From an uncultured Candidatus Poseidoniales archaeon (GTDB lineage Archaea; Thermoplasmatota; Poseidoniia; Poseidoniales; Poseidoniaceae): 49,431 bases of DNA. The stretch lies in NCBI GenBank assembly GCA_964516645.1, contig CAZEXE010000001.1, forward strand, positions 23,983-73,413. The letters run 5' to 3'. The position numbers and the translations under genes are program-made. Positions 45,346 through 49,431 of this stretch are shown piece by piece (position 1 is the stretch's first letter; every line of letters starts with the position of its first letter). The notes beneath the pieces were generated by a model. That model saw only the letters and a program-made list of their open reading frames with translations. It was not told the DNA's origin and ran no database searches.

Positions 45346-48300
45346 TCATTCATTCCAAACTCTGAATCCATCATCAGTTGAGTACCAATATCGGCCTTCT
45401 TTGTCTTGGTACCAGTTCACTCCCTTCTCATCATTTGGCATCCATTCGCCCTCTGGCAATTCCTCCCATGATGAGACAAAATCTACTACTGTTTCAGATT
45501 CAACCTTCTCAAGAACTTCTTCTGCAGAATCTTGAATCGATTCTTCTAATGCCGGATGTACTGTCTCTTTGCTAGGCTTAGACCTATGTTTTGGCTTCTT
45601 GCGAATTAATACCGCAATTGCACCAAATAGAATCAGAACTATTCCAACACCTGCAATCCCCAAAATCAACACGAAACTAGAATCCTCTTCATCGTCATCC
45701 TGACTAGAGGTTGTTTCATCCTCTTCTACTGTCTCTAGTTCTGAAATACATCCTTGGGTATTAGAATATAGGAATGCCGAGTATTCATTCGGACACCTGT
45801 CAGGTTGTGTAGCTCCAATTAAGAATTCTCCCAAAACACGACCATCACTCCAATCTGGATTATCCCAATTATCTCCAAAACCATCATTATCAGTATCATT
45901 CCATTGCGTTGCATCTCCATCATTGAAATCATGGTCAAAGGACCAACCATCTCCGTCCAGATCAAAACATCCAATTTGGTCGTGAATAGATGTTCCTTTC
46001 TGAAGCGGGCAATCATCTCCGTTCTCACCATCAGAATTGTCACCATAGCCGTCATCGTCTGAATCTGCCCATTGTTCAGGATTATTGTCATCCCAATCCA
46101 AATCAGAATACACTAGGTCACCATCGGCATCTATTTCAGAAGGTGCACAACCAACATATGGATTTAGTACGGTATTGTGTTCATCGAGATACATTGTTGT
46201 ATTTACTTGAGTTGTTTGTAGAATAGGAGTAGAAGGGCATTGGTCAACATTATCAGTGAATGTGTCGTAATCGCCATCTCTTTCTGAAGGTCCACAACCA
46301 TCGGAGTTGACCATAGATAATTCATCTGCAGGTGTTTCTACACATAGGTCATAGTTACCAGCCGAAGCAGTGTCTCCCACACCATCTCCATCCTCATCTC
46401 TGTATTGTTCCGGATTCGATGGCAAATCGTCTATTGAATCTGCCCATCCATCACCATCTGAGTCTGGGCAACCAAATATTCCTTCCTTATGTGAGGTACC
46501 ACTTACATTTACGCAGTCGTCACCTTCTAGGCCGGTGTTGTTATCACCAAAACCATCGGAATCTGAATCTGCCCATTGTGAATCTTCGTACGGGAATACA
46601 TCAGAATTATCTCCATAACCATCTAAATCTGAATCTTTCCACTCAGATTTGTCATCAGGGAAATCATCATTCGGATCAGACCATCCATCACCATCCGCAT
46701 CTAGGCAACCCAGAAGGTCTTCAGTCGAATTACCATATTCAGTAATACAATCATCAGAGTTGTCACCATATCCATCCATATCTGTGTCGTTCCATTCTGT
46801 GTGGTCATCAGGATGACTATCATCAGAATCTGGCCATCCATCGCCATCCGAGTCCGGACAACCAATGCTACCAATAGTTGAAGTTCCTGCAACATCATTA
46901 CAATCATCAATGTCATTGGTGTAACCATCATTATCTGAATCAAGTTGGTTTTCAGCGCATCCATCCGAATCGATTGTGAGTCCTAAATCAGTGTCTGGAC
47001 ACAAGTCTTCGCCATCCCAAACGCCATCAGAATCAGAATCTGGAAGTAAATGAGACATGTCGACTCCAAGTTTAGACCAAGAATAATACAATCCCAATAT
47101 ATCTAGGCCAGTAAAGCCCATTTGCTCCCACTTTAATTGGCCCATATCGGTCAAGAGGTACTTCAGGAAATTGAGATTGGTAGAGATGTGGTCAAGTGAA
47201 ATGAATGCCCGCATATCTGTTTGAAGCGGCCATTCACCAGTACGTGAAGCGTTGATTGAAGCGTTTACAGCAATCCCTCCATTGGCAATTGCGTCAGCAG
47301 CTCCATGAGTGAAATTATCCACAAGAGGAACGAGGTAGACTCCATTTCCATTGTTTAATGAATAAACCAATTCTGTAAATCCAATTGATCCTTCTCCACC
47401 AGATGCTGAAAGTCCGTCTGTTACATCAGACCTAAATTCTCCTGCAACCGCTCTATACCGGGCTGAACTCGATGGATAAATTGAATCTGTTTGTGCACAA
47501 TTTGCACAGAGTACAGTTTCTTTCAAAATTGTGGTATCGGTTTTATTTTCCCAACGATGTGACAATACTATCTCAGTATCCGGACATGACGAATCCAAAT
47601 CTATCCATTCTGGAACCCCGTTTCCATCATCATTAGGAACAACTGAAGACCAATCAAGTGCAGGCATTTCTCCACTTGAGGTTAGGTCAGCTTTACCATA
47701 ACTAGAGGTCATCCATCTCACCTGTCCCATAGATAGTCCACCAAGTGTTTGCATACAAGCCTCGGTTTGACCTCCTGCTTTTACCATCAGTGCACCAGCT
47801 GCTCTACCATATGGTATCTCCAAAATTTGCCCATCTGTATTCTTGCAATCCCACAATCCTGTGGTTGAATAATTTGCATCCTTCGTAGCATACAATGGAC
47901 TTACTCCATTTGTGCTTGAACCAATATAATGTTTAGAATCACAAACATCTAATGTTGCAATTATTCGATCAGAGTCCCAAACTCGGACAGCCTCATCTGT
48001 TGTTGGATAAGTCGACCTCCAGGGGTCTTCCATCAATGAAGTATAGTACTCCCCATGTACCCGAATAAACGCATCAGGGACCATCTGTATCGAAGTATAT
48101 CCGCGCCTCCAACCAACTGCAAGCCGTTCGCCTGAATCATCAAAGGCAATTGAATAGACGCCACGATTATTTCGACTTGAGCCAAAGTTATCCATAGTTC
48201 CTAAACTAGACCAAGTGTCTGTTCGAAATGCATAAATCGCTTCCTCTTGCCTACCTCGAACCGCAATTAAGGTTCCACCATCTGGTGAAAAATCGATATC

Positions 48301-49188
48301 ATAAACATCTGAACCTAAATTTAGTGTTTTGACAACTGTTTGGTTACGAAGATCAGTAATTATGACATTATTGTCATCAGAACCAGTAGCCACATACCTA
48401 CCATCGGGACTTACCGTCAATGCTCTGATGTAATCAGTATGATTAGTCTTGTTCAATGCCAAAGTACCATTACTCATCCAGTATCCACGGAGGTTGTTAC
48501 CTGAAGTGAATAGTACCAAACGGTCATCGGGTGTAGTATCTATGCCACTAGTATAACTAGGCAGTGAAGTGAAATTTTCTACCAATGTCCAATTAGTAGT
48601 CTCGAACCATTTGACTCCTATTCCACCAGCATGTGTTATTACTCTACTACCATCATTTGACCAAGCAATTGCAAATATATCACTGGAGGTATTGATTAAA
48701 TCTACAATCAAACTTCCGGTCGTTGAATTGATAATTCTGCAACCACCATCATCACTCGCAACTGCCAACATAGTTCCATCTGGTGATACTGCTATTTCGT
48801 TAATATCACCCGGCATTTGGTAGATTGGTAATTGATGATTTGCCATTGGATCAAAAATATGAACTTCTTCATTTCCACCACCTGCATAGAACATGCTGAA
48901 ATTGTTGGCCCAAGCCATTCCTTTTACCCCGGAACCTGTACTTCCATAGTCAGTTTTCTCTCGAATTGAGTCACCCCAATTATGCATAATGGTTTGCTCA
49001 AAATTTGCTAAGCCATCTCCATTATCATCAGGGCATCCCAAGCCCAAAGTTGAGTTTGCAGTTCCTGCGGCAAAAGGACAAATGTCTACATCATCGTTAA
49101 CGCCATCACCATCGCCATCTAAGGCTGTACTAATGGGTGTAAAAACCACGCACAGCATCAGAGCAGACAACAAGATAGCCTTCCGCAT
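45346..49188 (-). CDS. Giant secreted type-I membrane protein: signal peptide, TSP3 repeat, WD40-like beta-propeller, PstS-like periplasmic-binding-protein domain, a dozen or more TSP3 Ca-binding repeats, TM anchor and aromatic-rich cytoplasmic tail
   Basis: Leader is MRKAILLSALMLCVVFTP (ATG 49188; the track ORF starts at 49257). WD-like blades: AVSPDGTMLAVASDDGGCRII, TVSPDGRYVATGSDDNNVIITDL, DFSPDGGTLIAV. PBP-like block: GSIGFTELVY...GEWPLQTDMRAFISL...FLKYLLTDMGQ. Many DxDxDG loops (DSDGDGWPDSDD, DTDMDGYGDNSDD, and others). TM segment is FVLILGIAGVGIVLILFGAIAVLI followed by RKKPKHR. Confidence 0.8.
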   Translation of the reverse strand: MRKAILLSALMLCVVFTPISTALDGDGDGVNDDVDICPFAAGTANSTLGLGCPDDNGDGLANFEQTIMHNWGDSIREKTDYGSTGSGVKGMAWANNFSMFYAGGGNEEVHIFDPMANHQLPIYQMPGDINEIAVSPDGTMLAVASDDGGCRIINSTTGSLIVDLINTSSDIFAIAWSNDGSRVITHAGGIGVKWFETTNWTLVENFTSLPSYTSGIDTTPDDRLVLFTSGNNLRGYWMSNGTLALNKTNHTDYIRALTVSPDGRYVATGSDDNNVIITDLRNQTVVKTLNLGSDVYDIDFSPDGGTLIAVRGRQEEAIYAFRTDTWSSLGTMDNFGSSRNNRGVYSIAFDDSGERLAVGWRRGYTSIQMVPDAFIRVHGEYYTSLMEDPWRSTYPTTDEAVRVWDSDRIIATLDVCDSKHYIGSSTNGVSPLYATKDANYSTTGLWDCKNTDGQILEIPYGRAAGALMVKAGGQTEACMQTLGGLSMGQVRWMTSSYGKADLTSSGEMPALDWSSVVPNDDGNGVPEWIDLDSSCPDTEIVLSHRWENKTDTTILKETVLCANCAQTDSIYPSSSARYRAVAGEFRSDVTDGLSASGGEGSIGFTELVYSLNNGNGVYLVPLVDNFTHGAADAIANGGIAVNASINASRTGEWPLQTDMRAFISLDHISTNLNFLKYLLTDMGQLKWEQMGFTGLDILGLYYSWSKLGVDMSHLLPDSDSDGVWDGEDLCPDTDLGLTIDSDGCAENQLDSDNDGYTNDIDDCNDVAGTSTIGSIGCPDSDGDGWPDSDDSHPDDHTEWNDTDMDGYGDNSDDCITEYGNSTEDLLGCLDADGDGWSDPNDDFPDDKSEWKDSDLDGYGDNSDVFPYEDSQWADSDSDGFGDNNTGLEGDDCVNVSGTSHKEGIFGCPDSDGDGWADSIDDLPSNPEQYRDEDGDGVGDTASAGNYDLCVETPADELSMVNSDGCGPSERDGDYDTFTDNVDQCPSTPILQTTQVNTTMYLDEHNTVLNPYVGCAPSEIDADGDLVYSDLDWDDNNPEQWADSDDDGYGDNSDGENGDDCPLQKGTSIHDQIGCFDLDGDGWSFDHDFNDGDATQWNDTDNDGFGDNWDNPDWSDGRVLGEFLIGATQPDRCPNEYSAFLYSNTQGCISELETVEEDETTSSQDDDEEDSSFVLILGIAGVGIVLILFGAIAVLIRKKPKHRSKPSKETVHPALEESIQDSAEEVLEKVESETVVDFVSSWEELPEGEWMPNDEKGVNWYQDKEGRYWYSTDDGFRVWNE
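45850..47045 (-). repeat. Array of thrombospondin-type-3-like DxDxDG calcium-binding repeats (protein level), with partial DNA-level repetition
   Basis: About 13-15 DxDxDG loops. Three near-identical 30-mers (plus-strand reading) are ccatccatcaccatctgagtctgggcaacc at 46444-46473, ccatccatcaccatccgcatctaggcaacc at 46681-46710 and ccatccatcgccatccgagtccggacaacc at 46834-46863. Confidence 0.75.
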
Positions 49189-49243
49189 GTTGATGCCAAT
49201 GCACTCATCACCTAAACTCTTGGCTATTAGTGAGCGTTGCATT

Positions 49244-49431
49244 TCAAGAGTAATCATAGAATCCTAGACCCGATTTACGACCTAATTTTCCTTGTTCAAC
49301 CATTTCTATAAGAAGTGGTGCTGGAGCGTATTTATCGTCAGCCAAACCTTCATGCAAAACGTTCATTATATGCAGTACTGTGTCGTTACCAATCAAATCA
49401 GACAATGCAAGTGGACCTATTGGATGGTTCA
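49244..49431 (-). CDS. 3-hydroxyacyl-CoA (3-hydroxybutyryl-CoA) dehydrogenase, C-terminal fragment; the gene enters from the right edge
   Basis: My own reverse-strand translation is [61 protein letters not shown]-stop (TGA = complement of 49244-49246). This matches the remembered C-terminal domain HPMGPL.L.DLIGLD....M.VL...... KY.P.PLL..MV..G.LGRK.G.GFY. Confidence 0.7.
   Translation of the reverse strand, partial: NHPIGPLALSDLIGNDTVLHIMNVLHEGLADDKYAPAPLLIEMVEQGKLGRKSGLGFYDYS

Noticed and set aside
45819-46964. His-rich and Met/Ile-rich ORFs within the TSP3 array (46332-46745 +, 46370-46618 +, 45819-46091 -, 46701-46964 -, 45990-46226 +).
   Set aside because: They are frame-shifted or antisense readings of GAT/GGT-rich repeat DNA. 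The DxDxDG frame is continuous for about 1280 aa.
49189-49257. The upstream start (ATG 49257) of the giant WD40/TSP3 protein, which overlaps the stop of the 3-hydroxyacyl-CoA dehydrogenase gene by 14 nt.
   Set aside because: The extra 23 residues ([23 protein letters not shown]) precede a perfect signal peptide that begins at the ATG at 49188. That signal peptide mirrors the leader of the other giant protein, so the downstream start is preferred.
1-49431. I looked for rRNA, tRNA, CRISPR arrays, transposases, integrases, prophage or other mobile-element signatures, and for long inverted or direct repeats.
   Set aside because: Every gap between confident genes is under 270 nt. None contains a cloverleaf-like or repeat-spacer pattern that I could see. 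No ORF resembles a transposase, integrase or Cas protein. This was an eye scan only, so tRNAscan, Infernal and a self dot-plot would be needed to be definitive.

Overview
This is a gene-dense archaeal chromosomal segment of about 48 protein genes. I found no rRNA, tRNA, CRISPR array, transposase, integrase or other mobile element. The archaeal assignment rests on hallmark genes. These include the exosome superoperon (psmA, SBDS, rrp4, rrp41, rrp42, L37Ae, Pcc1-like, prefoldin beta), aIF5A, aEF-2, ribosomal S12/S7, TiaS, TrmY, Dph6-type diphthamide synthase and isopentenyl phosphate kinase. The low GC content, two giant Ca-binding surface proteins and bacterial-type lipid genes suggest an uncultured marine planktonic euryarchaeon of the Thermoplasmatota / Marine Group II type. 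That taxonomic guess is inference only.

The best candidate for something undescribed is a MamK-type actin-like ATPase at 36399-37424. It is flanked by a double zinc-ribbon protein and a zinc-ribbon membrane protein (35300-38002). Other points worth a second look:
- a Delta9-type fatty-acyl desaturase wedged between rps7 and the EF-2 gene
- a type-1 IPP isomerase fused to a GGPP synthase, next to IPK, with a UbiD-family decarboxylase about 5 kb away
- a 1764-aa long-form Lhr helicase with a bacterial-style C-terminal region
- two giant type-I membrane proteins with near-identical leader peptides (C-type lectin/LamG/PPC/EF-hand/TSP3, and WD40/PstS-like/TSP3)
- a Walker-A-dead RecA/KaiC-like protein
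- a 64% GC island at the 5' end of rrp4

All functional calls come from motif recognition by eye on the supplied translations and on my own translations of the two window edges. No database search was run.
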